From: Chiloscyllium plagiosum
Lineage: Eukaryota
Assembly (NCBI RefSeq): GCF_004010195.1
Contig: NC_057712.1
Location: 19,824,803 to 19,888,802, forward strand
Direction of reading: 5' to 3'
DNA length: 64,000 bases
The notes under the pieces were generated by a model. That model had not been told where the DNA came from. It made no database searches and saw only the letters and a program-made list of their open reading frames with translations. The translations under genes were made by a program, and so were the position numbers. This document shows, piece after piece, positions 39,402-52,871 of this stretch (positions are counted from its first letter, which is position 1; each line of letters opens with the position of its first letter).

Positions 39402-39476
39402 ATATGCCATATAATTGTTCATGAAGTCACCTGCAAAATCCATTTGCAGGTGACGTCATTAAATTATATGGCATAT
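39402..39476. repeat. 75-nt near-perfect inverted repeat (hairpin)
   Basis: ATATGCCATATAATT..ATGA.GTCACCTGCAAA-atcca-TTTGCAGGTGAC.TCAT..AATTATATGGCATAT. Confidence 0.9.
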
Positions 39477-39575
39477 CCACATCACAATAGCAAAGGGACT
39501 TTAAAACAAGCTTTTGTTTGAGCATGAATTTGCATTAACCTCAAGAAACTCAAGAAGAAATTAACAAATACAAAC

Positions 39576-39773
39576 CCTGTCAGGGATGTTGACGTAAGTG
39601 CCAGCGTCCAACAGATCCTGAACAATTTCAATGTGTCCTTCCTTAGCAGCAATCATCAAGGCTGTATTCCCATCTTTGTCAGTTAGATTAACGTTTGGAT
39701 TGTACTTCAATAACTCCTTCACTCCTTCAGTGTAGCCACCTTTAACTGCCACTATTAGAGCAGTCATAGAGTT
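39576..39773 (-). CDS. KIDINS220: KIDINS220 coding exon (198 nt, two ankyrin repeats)
   Basis: tag|[66 protein letters not shown]|gtttg. Confidence 0.96.
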
Positions 39774-40702
39774 CTACAAGATGATGTGGAAAAATTACAG
39801 GTTTTTTTAAAAAATACTTTTCTAAAATAGACAAGTATCATTTATTCCTTTTGCAAAGTCAGAAATACTAACAAATAGACACTGCTGAAAAAGATATTTT
39901 ATTAAGTGTTTGGCTTTGCGCTCATCAGGATAATTCATACAAACAGCAATTAATAGTACAAATGTTGGTTTTCCCGTTGTATTGGTATTCTTGTGAATTG
40001 TTCTGATGAGTGAGAGGTGAAAAGCTTCAACAAAATGTGTTTTTTTCAGCAATCCTCAAGTTATGTACTACCAAACAGCTAAGCAAATATAGAGATGTGC
40101 TATTTCCTGCTGCAGTGGACACACAGTAGAGTAGTCTGTGGATGAATCAAAGTAGGGAGGCGAGAGACAACTGAACCAGACAGGGTGTGTAAAAATTAAA
40201 AATACTTTAAAACCTCAGCCAAAGAATGTTGTCAAATACGGATTACAGCTCTGCAGGGGCAGAAGATCAAGATCAAGGACTCCTGGGATATATTCCCGAG
40301 ACTTCCCTCAAATTCTTTTCTTGTCTTTTCTCCCAGTACCAGTTTCTTCTTAACATAGCTACCGCTCAGAAGTGATTTTAAACTTAGTGGGGAAATTGGA
40401 GCAGAGAAAACAAACTGAATTGCAAAGTCGACTGAACCAAGGGACTGGACAGGTAGCCTACACAAAGTAAGAAACAGAGTAATGAATGAGCTGAGCGCCA
40501 GGTTTGAGAGAAATTGGTGCAATAAGTCATAAATAATTGTAGAAACAAACATTGAGGAATCAACCAACCAGACTGCAGTTAGTATGAGTGCGTGCATGCA
40601 TGCACATATGCTGTGGACAATACACGTATAATTCACTTCAGACTGGGCAAATTATGCAAATATCGTTGGAGGACGAGTCATAAAACACATTTAGGAGAGT
40701 TT

Positions 40703-41215
40703 CATAGAACATAGAACAGCACAGCCCAGTACAGGTCCTTCATCCCTCGATGTTGTGCCGACCTTTTATCCTACTCTAAGATCAAACTAACCTACATACC
40801 TTCATTTTACCATCACCCATGTGTCTATCCAAGAGTCACTTAAATGTCGCTAATGTATCTGATTCTACTACCACCACTGGTAGTGCATTCCATACACCTA
40901 CCACTGCGTAAAGAATCAAGCTTGGACATCTCCTCCAAACCTTCCTCCAATCACTTACAATTATGCCCACTTGTGACAGCCATTTTTGCCCTTGGAAAAA
41001 GTCTTTGACTACTCACTATCTATGCGTCTCATCATCTAGTGCACTTCAAACAAGTTGCCTCTTACCCTTCTACGCTCCAATGAGAAAAGCCTTAAATCCC
41101 TCAACCTTCCTTCATAAGATATGCCCTCTAGTCCAGGCAGCATCCTGGTAAGTTTCCTCTGCACCCTCTCTAAAGCTTCCACATGCTTTCTATAATGAGA
41201 CAACCAGAACTAAAC
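40703..41215 (-). mobile_element. CR1 3' fragment
   Basis: catagaacatagaac tail; CR1 C-terminal similarity. Confidence 0.82.
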
Positions 41216-41276
41216 CAGAGTTTCCCAGAATAATATACTTTTGGGTTGAGGTTATTTTAGAGGTTTTAAGGGTTAA

Positions 41277-41551
41277 ATTAGATTAGATTAGATTAGATTA
41301 GATTAGATTACTTACAGTGTGGAAACAGGCCCTTCGGCCCAACAAGTCCACACCGCCCCGCCGAAGCGCAACCCACCCATACCCCTACATTTACCCCTTA
41401 CCTAACACTATGGGCAATTTTTAGCATGGCCAATTCACCTGACCTGCACATCTTTGGACTGTGGGAGGAAACCGGAGCACCCGGAGGAAACCCACTCAGA
41501 CACGGGGAGAACGTGCAAACTCCACACAGTCAGTCGCCTGAGGCGGGAACT
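41277..41551 (-). mobile_element. Young HE1-type SINE, 5' truncated, (TTAGA)n tail
   Basis: Near-identical to 2436-2686. Confidence 0.9.
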
Positions 41552-41925
41552 GTTAAACTGTAACTGCACACTAAGCAATCCTCAAAAAGAGAATTGAGCG
41601 TATGACAAATTTCGCACCAAATCTCAAAGAAATTTGTTGAAAGAGAAAGAGAGGAAAAAAAGTATTTTTAAATCGTTAAAACTTTTTAAACATTGGTAAA
41701 GGAATTTGTTTATCCATGCATTTAAAACAAAGTTAGCAAGTGGGTACTATGTGCATCCCCAGAGCAAAAATATTTATTGCTAGAGAATGGGTCTACACTC
41801 GAGTTTAGAAGAAATCAGATTTTTGATTTTAAAATTTTCAAGATTATTGGGAATAGGTGGGAATGTGAAGTAATCAGATTAGCAATGAATTTATTTAATG
41901 ACAGAGTAGGGTCAAGACCCTGAGG

Positions 41926-42054
41926 AGGGAGAAAGTGAGCACTGCAGATGCTGAGGAACATGTGAAAGAGTGTGATGTATGGAAAAGCACAGCAGGTCAG
42001 GGAGCATCAGAAGAGCAGGAAAATCGACGGTGAGCATAAGCTCTTCATCAGAAT
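41926..42054 (-). mobile_element. Solo PLE terminal unit; hammerhead with GAAA damaged
   Basis: Reverse strand attctgatgaaGAGCttatGCTCaccgtcgatt + tail. Confidence 0.7.
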
Positions 42055-42399
42055 AACTGAGAGGCCAACTCCTTCTCCAAACTGCTATGTTTGTAATCGT
42101 TCACATGATTTTATTGAAACACAAAATTCTGAGTGGGACTACCAGGGTAAATGCCGAGATGCTGCTTCCCTTGGGCAAAGTATCTAGACTAAGGAGACGT
42201 AAACAGAAAAAATATTGGTTATTTAGGACTAAGCTAAGAGAATACTCTCTACCCAGGAGATAGAAAACCTCCTGAATTCTCTTCATAATTAGGTGGGGGA
42301 TGGTCAGACACCAAATGTGCTCAAGACTTGAATTAACAGATTTTTGGACACCAAAGAAAATTAAACAATATGGGAAAAAACTTGCAGGAAAATAGGGTT

Positions 42400-43030
42400 G
42401 AACAAGAACAAGGACAGGAGTAGGCAATTCAGCCAATCAAGCCTGCTCTGCAATTTGATACATTGAGACGGAGATGAGATCAGCAATGTCACAATGCCTG
42501 CTCTCTATAATCCTTCAATCCATCACTAATTAAAAATCTGCCTACTGCCTCAAATTTACTTAACGTCCTGAAACCCGCCACACTCTGGGGTGAATTCCAC
42601 AGATTCATGATTCTTTGAGGCAAGTAATTTCTCATCTGTTTTAAATCTGCTACCCGTTATGCTAAAATTGTGACTTTGTGTTCTAAAACACCCCTCATGA
42701 GCAACTGTCCTTTCTACGGCTACTTTGTCAATCCTTTCAGTATCTTATATACCTCAATTGGATATCTTCTTATTCTTTTAAATTTCCAGCTTAAACTGGT
42801 CAATCTCACTTCATAATAAAAAGCCCCCCCCCCCGCCGAAGTAATCTAGTGAACCTCCTCTGAATTGTCTCCAATTCAACTACATCCTTCCTCGAGTAAG
42901 GAACCAAGGTTGTACACAATGCTCCTGGTGCAGTCTACCTAATACAGTTCCAGTAGCATTTCCCTACTTTTTATAGTATATAGCAACTAATGCAAAAATT
43001 CCATTTGCCTTCCTTATTATTACTTGCTCC
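42400..43030 (-). mobile_element. CR1 3' fragment
   Basis: Similar to 1738-2350. Confidence 0.78.
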
Positions 43031-43157
43031 ATTCATGATAATGAAGGTTGGAACAAGGACATATAGCCTTCTCCTTATGATGAAAGGGATTGCTTTGTAA
43101 CGACATCAAAAGCTGACTTGGAAAGAAGAGGCAAATGTACTGCAGCTCAAGTCATTC

Positions 43158-43253
43158 ATTCCTTAATGAAGGGCTTTTGACTGAAACGACAATTCTTCTG
43201 CTTCTCGGATGCTGCCTGTCCTGCTGTGCTTTTCCAGCATCACACTCTTGACT
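43158..43253 (+). mobile_element. Solo PLE terminal unit, decayed hammerhead
   Basis: ttaatgaagggcttttgactgaaacgac...ggatgctgcctgtcctgctgtgcttttccagc. Confidence 0.7.
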
Positions 43254-43284
43254 GCAGATCAAGTCGTCCCTAGTTAAAATACAG

Positions 43285-44130
43285 GATTGGCTGGCTCACA
43301 GTACATTTGTGCAGGAGTTCCCCAGGATAGTGTCCTAGACCCAACCATCTTCAGTTGCTTGATCAATGACAGTCCCTCCAGCAGAAAATCAGAAGTGGTG
43401 ATGTTTGCTGATGATTGCACAATGTTCAGCACTATTCACAACCCCTCAGATACTGAAACAGTTCATGTTCAAATACAACAAGATCTGAATAACATTCAGA
43501 CTTGGGCTAGCAAATGCAAGTAACATTCAGACCACACAAATGTCAGGCAATGACCATCTCCAATAAGAAACAATCTCACCACCATCTTGAAATTCTATGG
43601 TGTTACCATCACGATTTCCCCACTAACAACATTCTGGGGTGACTACTGATTAGAAACCCAACTGGACTTATATAAATACAGATACATGGCAACAAGAGCA
43701 GATCAGAGACCAAGAACATTGAGGAGTAATTAATCTCCTGTCTCTACCATCTACCAGGCACAATTCAGGAATGTGATGCAACATTCCCCACTTGCATGAT
43801 AGGTGCATCTTCAACAAGACTGAAGAAGCTTGACACCATCCAGTACAAAGCAGCCCTCTTGACTGGCACCGCATCCACATCTTCAACACAGACACTCAAC
43901 ATTGTGTATGCTCTACAAGATGACACTGCAAAAATTCACCAAAGTGCCTTAGACAGCACCTTCCAAACCTACAACCACTTCCATCCAGAAGGTCAAGGAG
44001 AGTAGATAAGTGAGAACACCCCCACTTGCAAATTCACCTCCAAGCCATTCACCATCCTGATTTGAAAATATCACTGTTCCTTCACAATTGCTGGGTCAAA
44101 TTCTTGGAATACACTCTCCAAGGGTATTAA
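43285..44130 (+). mobile_element. L2/CR1-like LINE RT fragment
   Basis: GVPQDSVLDPTIFSCLIND...MFADDCTMF. Confidence 0.85.
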
Positions 44131-44515
44131 GTCTCTGGAACTCTCATCGCTGGGAATGTAGAAGGTTGGGTCATTGAGTACTTTTAGGAGAGGTAGATGG
44201 ATTTTTAAATAACAAGGGAGTCAAGTGAAAGGTTATTGGAGAGGTAGGTGGGAATTTGATCAATCATGGTCTTATGTATGGTGGAGAAGAGTAGAGGAGC
44301 CAATGGTCACTCCTGTTCCTAGTTAATATCTTCATATGGAGAATGGGATTGTTATTTATTTTATGATATGATATGCAATATTAAAAAAATTTAAAAAGTT
44401 AAAAATGGATCAAGAAACAGATTAGACTTAGGTGAGAAACTATTAGGAGGCAGTGAGGAATTACTTGTATTTCAATTTGAGAAAGAGACGTCGAGAGGTG
44501 ATAAGATCCCCAAGG

Positions 44516-46036
44516 GTCAAAGAGATGTACAGAACAGAAACAAACCCTCCGGTCTAACTCATCCATGCTGACCAGATATCCCAACTCCAACCTAGTCCCA
44601 CCTGCCAGCACTTGGCCCATATCCTTCCAAACCCTTCCTATTCATATACCCATCCAGATCCCTTTTAAATGTTGCAATTCTACTAGCCTCCACCACTTCC
44701 TCTTCCACACACACATACCACCCTCTGCGTGAAAAAAATGCCCTTAGGTCTCTTTTATATCTTTCCCCTCTCACCCTAAACCTATGCCCTCTAGTTCTGG
44801 ACCTCCCCACCACAGCAAAAAGACTTTGCCTATTCATCCTATCCATGCTCCTAATGATTTTATAAACTTCCATAAGGTCACCCCTCAGTCTCCAACGCTC
44901 CAGGGAAAACAGCCCCAGCCTATTCAACCTCTCCCTATAGCTTAAATCCTCCAACCCTGGCAATATCCTTGTAGATCTTTTCTGAACCCGTTCAAGTCTC
45001 ACAACATCCTTCCGTTTGAAGGAGACTAGAATTGAACGCAATATTTCAAAAGTGACCAAACCAACATCCTGTACAGCCTCAACATGACCTCCCAACTCCT
45101 GTACTCAATACTCTGACCAATAAAGGAAAGCATACCAAACGCCTTCTTCACTATCATATCCAGTTGAGATTCTACTTTCAAGAAATGTATGAACCTGCAC
45201 TCCAAGGTCACTTTGTTCCATTCCATTCAGCGTATAAGTCCTGCTAAGATTTGCCTTTCCAAAATGCAGCACCTCGCATTTATCTAAATTAAACTCCATC
45301 TGCAACTTCTCAGTCCACTGGCCCATCTGATCGAGATCCCATTGTAATCTGTGGTAACCTTCTTCACTGTCCACTACACCCCCGATTTTGTTGTTATCTG
45401 CAAACTTACTAACTACACCTCCTATGTTCACATGCAAATCATTAATATAGATGACGAAAAGTAGTGGACCCAGCACTGATCTTTGTGGCACTCCGCTGGT
45501 CACAGGCCTCCAGTCTGAAAGCCAACCCTCCACCACCACCCTCTGTCTTTTACCTTTGAGCCAGTTCTGGATCCAAATGGCTAGTTCTCCTTGTATTCCA
45601 TGAGATCTAACCTTACCAACCAGTCTCCCATGGGGAACTTTGTCAAACGCCTTACTGAAGTCCATACAGATCACATCTACACTCTGCCCTCATCAATCTG
45701 TTTGTTACTTCCTCAAAAAAACTCAATCAGGTTTGTGAGAAATGATTTCCCACGCACAAAGCCATGCTGACTATCCCTAATCAGTCCCTGCCTTTCCAAA
45801 TACATGTACATCCTGTCCCTCAGGATTCCCTCCAACAAGTTGCCCACCACCGACGTCAGGCTCACTGGTCTATAGTTCCCTGACTTGTCCTTACCATCGT
45901 TCTTAAACAGTGGCATCATGTTAACCAACCTCCGGTCTACCTCACCTGTGACTATTGATGATACGAATATCTAAGCAAGAGGCCCAGCAAACACTTCCCT
46001 AACTTCCCACAGAGTTCTAGGGTACAGCTGATCAGG
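44516..46036 (-). mobile_element. CR1 LINE ORF2 (RT), comparatively young
   Basis: NYRPVSLTSVVG, DFSKAFDKVPH, GVPQRSVLGPLLFVIYINDL, KFADNNKIG. Confidence 0.93.
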
Positions 46037-46254
46037 AAAACCATTACATTAGATTTTTAGAATTAAGCTGAGGAAAGTGGTGGTTCATGCCAGATTCACA
46101 ACATAATACATTTAAGGAAGATTCAACTTCCTATTCAGTTGTATATAAAGGATCTAAGAGCAATGTACATTCTTCCTTCATGCTAACCAACCTCCTTACC
46201 TCATGTAAAACCAAAAAACAAGCTAATCAGCCTTTTGCGTTCTGACATGAATGA

Positions 46255-46503
46255 TGACCTAAGGGGCAACTTTTTCACCCAGCGGGTGGTACGTGTATGG
46301 AATGAGCTGCCAGAGGAAGTGGTGGAGGCTGGTACAATTGCAACGTTTAAGAGGCATTTGGATGGGTATATGAATAGGAAGGGTTTGGTGGGATATGGGC
46401 CAGGTGCTGGAAGTGGGACTAGACTGGGTTGGGAATCTGGTCGGCATGGACAAGTTGGACCGAAGGGTCTGTTTCCATGCTGTATATCTCTATGACTCTA
46501 TGA
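46255..46503 (+). mobile_element. CR1 3' fragment
   Basis: DLRGNFFTQRVVRVWNELPEEVVEAG; ctctatga tail. Confidence 0.88.
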
Positions 46504-47015
46504 TAATACTCAGCTTTACCTCAGCCGTCCATCATTTCAAAATTATCAAGCTTTTCACTATATCCGTGATGGATGTGCTGAAACTTCCACCAAATAAACA
46601 TTAGAATTAAACAAAATGCTAAACTAAACATTTACAACATCAGAGTCATACTTGACCCTGAGATGAGCCTCCATCCACAACGAGGGTTGCAGCAAGAGAT
46701 GAGCTGTGCCAGCAGCAGAGTGTGAATAGATGTCATTGCATTCTCCCAAACTGATAATCTGCAGGTAATTTGCATATCAACCAGGAGATAGCAAAGTTTA
46801 GTGCCTTTTATAACTGTGTAAATTTAGGTTCAGTCTGATCCTTATTTACTTGTGGTTCCATGAACAGCTATTTTTATTAATGTTGTCCTCTTTTACAAAG
46901 TCACTTTAATCTATCAAGGTTGCATTAAAATCAGTGATAGAGGTAGAATATTGATAGTCCACTTTCACTCCAATTCCAACACTTCATAAACTGGAGGTCA
47001 GGCAGAACTATGATG

Positions 47016-47635
47016 TTGTGGTTCTGTTCGCCGAGCTGGAAGTTTTTGTTGCAAACGTTTCGTCCCCTGGCTAGGCGACATCATCAGTGCTTGGGAGCCT
47101 CCTGCGAAGCGCTTCTTCGATGTTTCCTCCAGTGTTTATAGTGGTCTGTCACTGCCGCTTCCGGTTGTCAGTTTCAGCTGTCCGCTGTCGTGGTTGGTAT
47201 ATTGGGTCCAGGTCGATGTGTTTGTTGATGGAGTTTGTGGATGAATGCCATGCCTCTAGGAATTCCCTGGCTGTTCTCTGTCTGGCTTGCCCTATGATAG
47301 TAGTGTTGTCCCAGTCGAATTAAATGCCTAAAACTAGGGGGCATGCATTCAAGGTGAGAGGGGGAAAGCTCAAAGGAGATAGAATCATAAAATCCTTAAC
47401 AGTGTGCAAACAGGCCATTTGGCCCAACAAGTCCAATCTGACCCTCCAAAGAGTAACCCACCCAGACCCTATTATTCTACATTTACCTCAGACTAATGCA
47501 CCTAACTTACACATCCCTCAGTGCTTGGGAGCCTCCTGTGAAGCCAGGGGACGAAACGTTTGCAACAAAAACTTCCAGCTCGGCGAACAGAACCACAACA
47601 ACGAGCACCCGAGCTACAAATCTTCGCACAAACTT
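47016..47635. mobile_element. Composite Penelope-like insertion enclosing CR1 and HE1 fragments
   Basis: Inverted PLE ends like 7570-9833; 12-bp direct repeat agaactatgatg at 47004-47015 and 47636-47647. Confidence 0.85.
47051..47090 (-). ncRNA. Minimal hammerhead ribozyme motif, sense to KIDINS220
   Basis: GCA-CTGATGA-T-GTCgCCT-AGCC-AGGgGAC-GAAAC-GTT-TGC. Confidence 0.65.
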
Positions 47636-48572
47636 AGAACTATGATGCCTGCACTAAATTCTACTCATCCATCACCCTGTACTCACTGATCTATGCAGAT
47701 ATCTAATTAAAAATGTATCAGATTTAGAGTTCTTTTCTTTGCTTTGTATTCTTGTAAGTCCAAGATCGCTGCCTTTCCTTATCTCAGGAACTTCAACCAG
47801 TGATAAACTCTCACATTTGTACAGCACCAATCTTGTTCAATGATGACTTCAATCATTTCATTACTGCTGGATGTGCTTTCAGATATTGTAATCTTTACCC
47901 AGGAAAGTCTCTCTCCAACTACTGAGCCTTTCTGCATTTCTTTCATTAAGTTGTGCCCTAAAAATCATCACTTCCCTCCAAAATCTTTGGTTCTTATTTT
48001 GTTGCGTTAAATTTTGTTTCATAATACACTCGTGAAGCATCTTGGGATGTTTTAGTACACTAAATACAAAGTTGTTACTGATCTTACTTTCTGTTTATGG
48101 AACATTCCTTTCATGCAAAATTAAGTGCCTCATTTGCATTCTGCAAACCACTAGATGTAAACCACTTCAGAATATCATGAGGATTCAATAATTTCACTTC
48201 TATTTTCCTGATTAGCTATACTTCAATTATATTTGTCACACTGTGGTCACCAATTGCCACTGTAGCCACAAACGTTTGCACCTTATTTTGAGTGCTTGTT
48301 TCAAGCCACCTTTCAAAGCGCACTGGGATGGTAGTGATGTCAGTGAACTAGCCTCAAGGTCTAAGCAAATGTTCAGGGTAATGGGTTTCAAATATACCTA
48401 TGCAACGCATAAAATTTAAAATCAATTAATAAAATCTGAAATTGAAAGTTAGTCTTGGTGTTGTTGTCAACGTCAAATTACAATCAAGTTTTCATAAAAA
48501 CATGTTCATTACGTCCTTAGGAAAAGGGAATCTGCCTTTCTTAAACTGGTCGGGTCTACACGCGATTCAGAT

Positions 48573-49022
48573 CCTAATAACTGCAAAGAAGCAGTATCCT
48601 GTCACCAAGTTACCTTTTATTTATTATTGCACAGTATATTGGCTGTGGCCAGCCAGTTCGGAGTCAGCCCTCAATTGAGAAGTTGCTATTCGCCTGGCTT
48701 TTTTTTATTTTGTCCCTTTGTGCCCTACACTGAGGAGATTCTAAATCTCCTGGTTATACCTTTTTTTCTCCCCTCACATTAACGCCTAACTGTGGTATCT
48801 GTTGGCTATAGATTTTTTTATTGTACTAAAATTCCACCATCTGCATTGGTTGGATTTGAACCCAGATTTCTGGGTCATGGGCTGAGTTTCTGGATTAATA
48901 GCCCAGTGACAACATTGTGAGGCCGTTGCCTCCCCAAGTTGGTCAGCCAAGGCTTTCCTGAGTGGCCCAGGTTAACAACCCCAATCAAGAACTTCTAGGT
49001 CCACCTGGTTCCAATCACTACA
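48573..49022 (-). mobile_element. Possible solo LTR with nested SINE fragment
   Basis: Reverse strand starts TGTAGTGATTGG, has AATAAATAAAAGG about 40-50 nt before the end; terminal CA and TSD not clear. Confidence 0.4.
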
Positions 49023-51246
49023 TACTCTTAACTCCTCTGAATAGCCTGTCAGAACAGTAATTTCACAGGACAATTAGAGATGAGCCATCTTTATCCCATA
49101 AAAGAATGAAAATGATAGATTCAGTTTGGGATCGATACAACTCAAAAGCTTTGAAATAAATATCATTCTTAAGTGCACTATTTTTAAAAGTGCAAGTAAC
49201 ATACAGTGGATCCTTCTCTGTAAACACGGTATATGGTAAAAAGTCAGGGTTATCAAGTGGTTTATACCTTTAGATAGCAATTCCCTTTGTCTCCACATTT
49301 TTAAAGAATAAGAATTGATTTGGTTTAGAATAAAGATTAGATTAGATTTCATAGTTGTTTGACAATTAATGATTGCTCAGAGACTTTTGCAGTCAATTAT
49401 ACACAATCAACATCTTTCAATGTGCTGATTTATTTTTGACCCACGCATCCTTCACACAGGTTATAGAGTGTGAGACAGATGCAAAATTCAAACTGAACTA
49501 ACAAATTTTCATTGCACTACTGATGAATGAAAAATTGGAAACTGGTGTTTAGGTCCTCTTCATTAAATTTAGATCATTGCTTGTGTTATGATCCCAGCCC
49601 ATATGATAAATGGGCAAGTCAGATTCCAGATAAGAACTTATTTCCTGTAAATTTTGTACGAACTTTTCATTCAGTAGACCAGGCAGATAATTTAAAAATC
49701 AAAATTATCATGTAACCCACAAAAAAAAATTAGATCATTTGTATTTTGTAAAGATAAAGCCACTTGTTCAGAGATGAAAAAGGATAACTAAAAATATTAT
49801 GGTAGCGAGTTTTTATTTGATTTTTCTACATATTGTGTTCAGATATTCAACCAGAGCCGGCAGTAACCAGAACAAATTCCAATGATTACTGAACTCATGC
49901 AATATATATGGAAAATCATAATACAGCAGCTGCAGGCAAGTGTAGTCCCTTAATTGACACACGTTGCAACAAACTTGATTCAGCAGGAATAGTTCATTTC
50001 AAATTCAGAGGGATTGATTTATGGGAGGGATCGTCTATGAAAAGGCTCTACAGGGCACAGACAGGGTGTGTGTCTAAGACGAGTACTTTAAAACTTGAAT
50101 AAGGGCAATTAGGACGTCACAAAAGCAGAGTTAACTGAAGCAAACCAGCAAACAAGATTAAGGAATAAGTCAATACAGGTGCAGTGGCAGCCATTTCAGA
50201 GGATATCTTAAAATACTCAGAATAAACACATTTGAATAAGAATGAAAAATTTCAACAGGAGGGCCCACCATTTGTGGTGAACTAAACCAATTAAAGATGG
50301 TGTCAAACTTACAGAAATCATATAATTGTGCAAACAAAACTACCAGGTGAGAAGGTTGGTCAGAATAGAAAAAACAAAGAATGACTAAAAGATTAATAAC
50401 ATGTTAACGTTAGCTAGAAATATAAAATCAAATAAAAAGAGTTTCTATAGATATTTAAAAACAGTTAACAAAATAGGTAATGATCTTCTAAAAAGTGAGT
50501 CTCGAGAATCAATAACAGAAAATGAGGGGATAGCAGATTAACAACATTTTGCCTCAGTCTCCAGTATAGACAATACAAGTGACATCTCAGAAATGGCAAT
50601 AAATCAGCAAATTGAAGAGAGGGAGGAATAAAAATTACAAAATCACCAGGAAATTGTTGGAGCTACGGGCTAATAAATCCCCAAGTCCTGGTGGATTACA
50701 TCCTTGGGTCTCAGAAAAAGTGGTTAGTGAGATGATTGATGTATTTGTTTTAATTTCCCATTTTTTTTCTAGATCAGGAAAGTTTCATGATTGTAAATTA
50801 GCAAATGTAACTCTTTTATTCAAAAAGCGAGGCAGTTAGAAAGCAGGGAATTACAGGCTAGTTAGCTTGATATCCGTGAAAGCAAAAAGTTAGAAGCTAT
50901 TATTAAAATTCTAGCCGGGCACATAGAAAAGTTCAAGGTAATCAGGTAGAGTAAACATAATTTTATAAAAAGAAATTATGACAAATAAATTCATTGGATT
51001 TGTTTGAAGTAATAATTCACTTTGGCTAAAAGAGAACCAGTGGATGTACTGTACTTGGACTTACAGGAGGCAGTTGATAAGGTATCAAAGATTATTGTGG
51101 AATAATAAGATGATAGAGGGTACCATACTGGCATTGATAGACAATTGGCTAGCTAACAGTCAACATAAATAAGTCATTTTTCCAGGTGGCATGGTATAGA
51201 AAGTGCAGTGCCATAACGATCTGAACTGGAGTGTCAACATTTTACC

Positions 51247-51552
51247 AGGTGACATGGTGGCACAGTGGTTAGCACTGCTGCCTCACAGTGCCAAGTTCAA
51301 TTCCTGCCTCAAGCAACTGTTTGTGTGGAGTTTGCACATTCTCCCAGTGTCTGCGTGGGTTTCCTCCGGGTGCTCCGGTTTCCTCCCACAGTCCAAAAAT
51401 GTGCAGGTTAGGTGAATTGGCCATGCTAAATTGCCCGTAGCGTTAGGTGATGGGGTAAATGTAGGGGAATAGGTCTGGGTGGGTTGCTCTTCGGAGGGTC
51501 GGTGTGGACTTGTTGGGCCGAAGGGCCTGTTTCCACACTAAGTAATCTAATC
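51247..51552 (+). mobile_element. HE1-type SINE
   Basis: ggtggcacagtggttagcactgctgcctcacag...gtaatctaatc. Confidence 0.9.
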
Positions 51553-52871
51553 AAAAAAAATATAAAAAAAGACTTGGGCGAAGGAATGGAAGATACGTTG
51601 CTAAATGTGAAGTTACAATGTATATAGGTACATTTTATAGCTTTCTTATCCTCTTCAAATGAGACAGAGATAGGTTAATTCAGTGGGCAAAAGGTCTGGC
51701 AAATGGAGCATTTTGAAAGATGTGAATCTGTCCATTTCAGCAAGAAGAATTTTAAAAAGCACATTATCTAAATGGTGAAAGATTGCAGAATTCTGAACTG
51801 AAAAGGGACCTTGATATGCGCATGAATCACAAAAGAGGAATATGTAGATACTACAAGTAATTAGGAAAGCCCACTGGAGTTTGTTATTTATTGCAAGGTG
51901 AAATGAATACAAAAGGGAGAGGTAAACAGAAGAACTAAGAGCAGGGGTAGGCCATCTGGCCCTTCGAGTCCGCCACGCAATAAGATCATGGCTGATCTTT
52001 TCGTGGCCTCAGCTCCACTTACTCGCACTCTCACCATAATCCTTAATTCCTTTACTGTTCAAAACAATCTTAGCTTTAAAAACATTCAATGAGGAAGCTT
52101 CATCTACTTCACTGGGCATGGAGTTCCGCAGATTCACAACTCTCTCTGGGTGAAGAATTTCCTTCTCAATACAGTCTTAATTTCCCCTAATTTTGAGGCT
52201 ATGCCTTCTTGTCCTAGTTTCATCCGTCAGCTTTACAGGGCACTGATAAGGCCACATCTGGAGTATTGTAACCAGTGTTGGCTTCCTATTTAAAGGAAGG
52301 ATGCAAAAAAAAGTGTTAAAAGTAACTCAGAATGACTAATACCTAGAAAAAGTGGGTTGTCTTGCAAGAAAAGATTGGGCAGACGAGGGTCATATCTACT
52401 TTAGTTAAGAGAAGTACAAAGTGACTTTTTTTCAAAATATAATATCCTGAGCAGTTTACACAGGGCTGGATGCGAACATGAGATTTCTCCTTTTGGAGAA
52501 ATAAAGGACATTAAGACACGGCTAAGGAGAAATCGCTCTCTTAGATGGTCAGAAGTGTTTGAAATTCTCTTCTTGAAAAAGTGGTGGAAACAGAGTCTTT
52601 AAATATTTTTAAGATGTAGATGCGTGATAATTAAGAGTGAAAGGTTATCAAAGTAGGCAAAAACGTGGGGTTGAAGGCTGATAAATCTCCAGAGTCTGGT
52701 AATCATTCCAAAGTAATTAAAAAAGTACCCGAAAATCAACAGATGCATTGCTGACCATCTTTCAAGTCTCGATAGACCCTGGAACTATTCCTACTTGTTG
52801 ATGGGTAGCTAATGTAACCCCTCTATTTAAAGGTGAGAGGCAAATAGGGAATTATAGACTAGTCAACCTGA

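Noticed and set aside
40232-40636. 134-aa minus-strand ORF as an extra KIDINS220 exon
   Set aside because: Flanking exons (55815 and 39773) join directly as in the known protein; no ankyrin pattern
51247-51320. tRNA-like A/B boxes here and in other SINE heads
   Set aside because: They continue into SINE body and tail, so not tRNA genes
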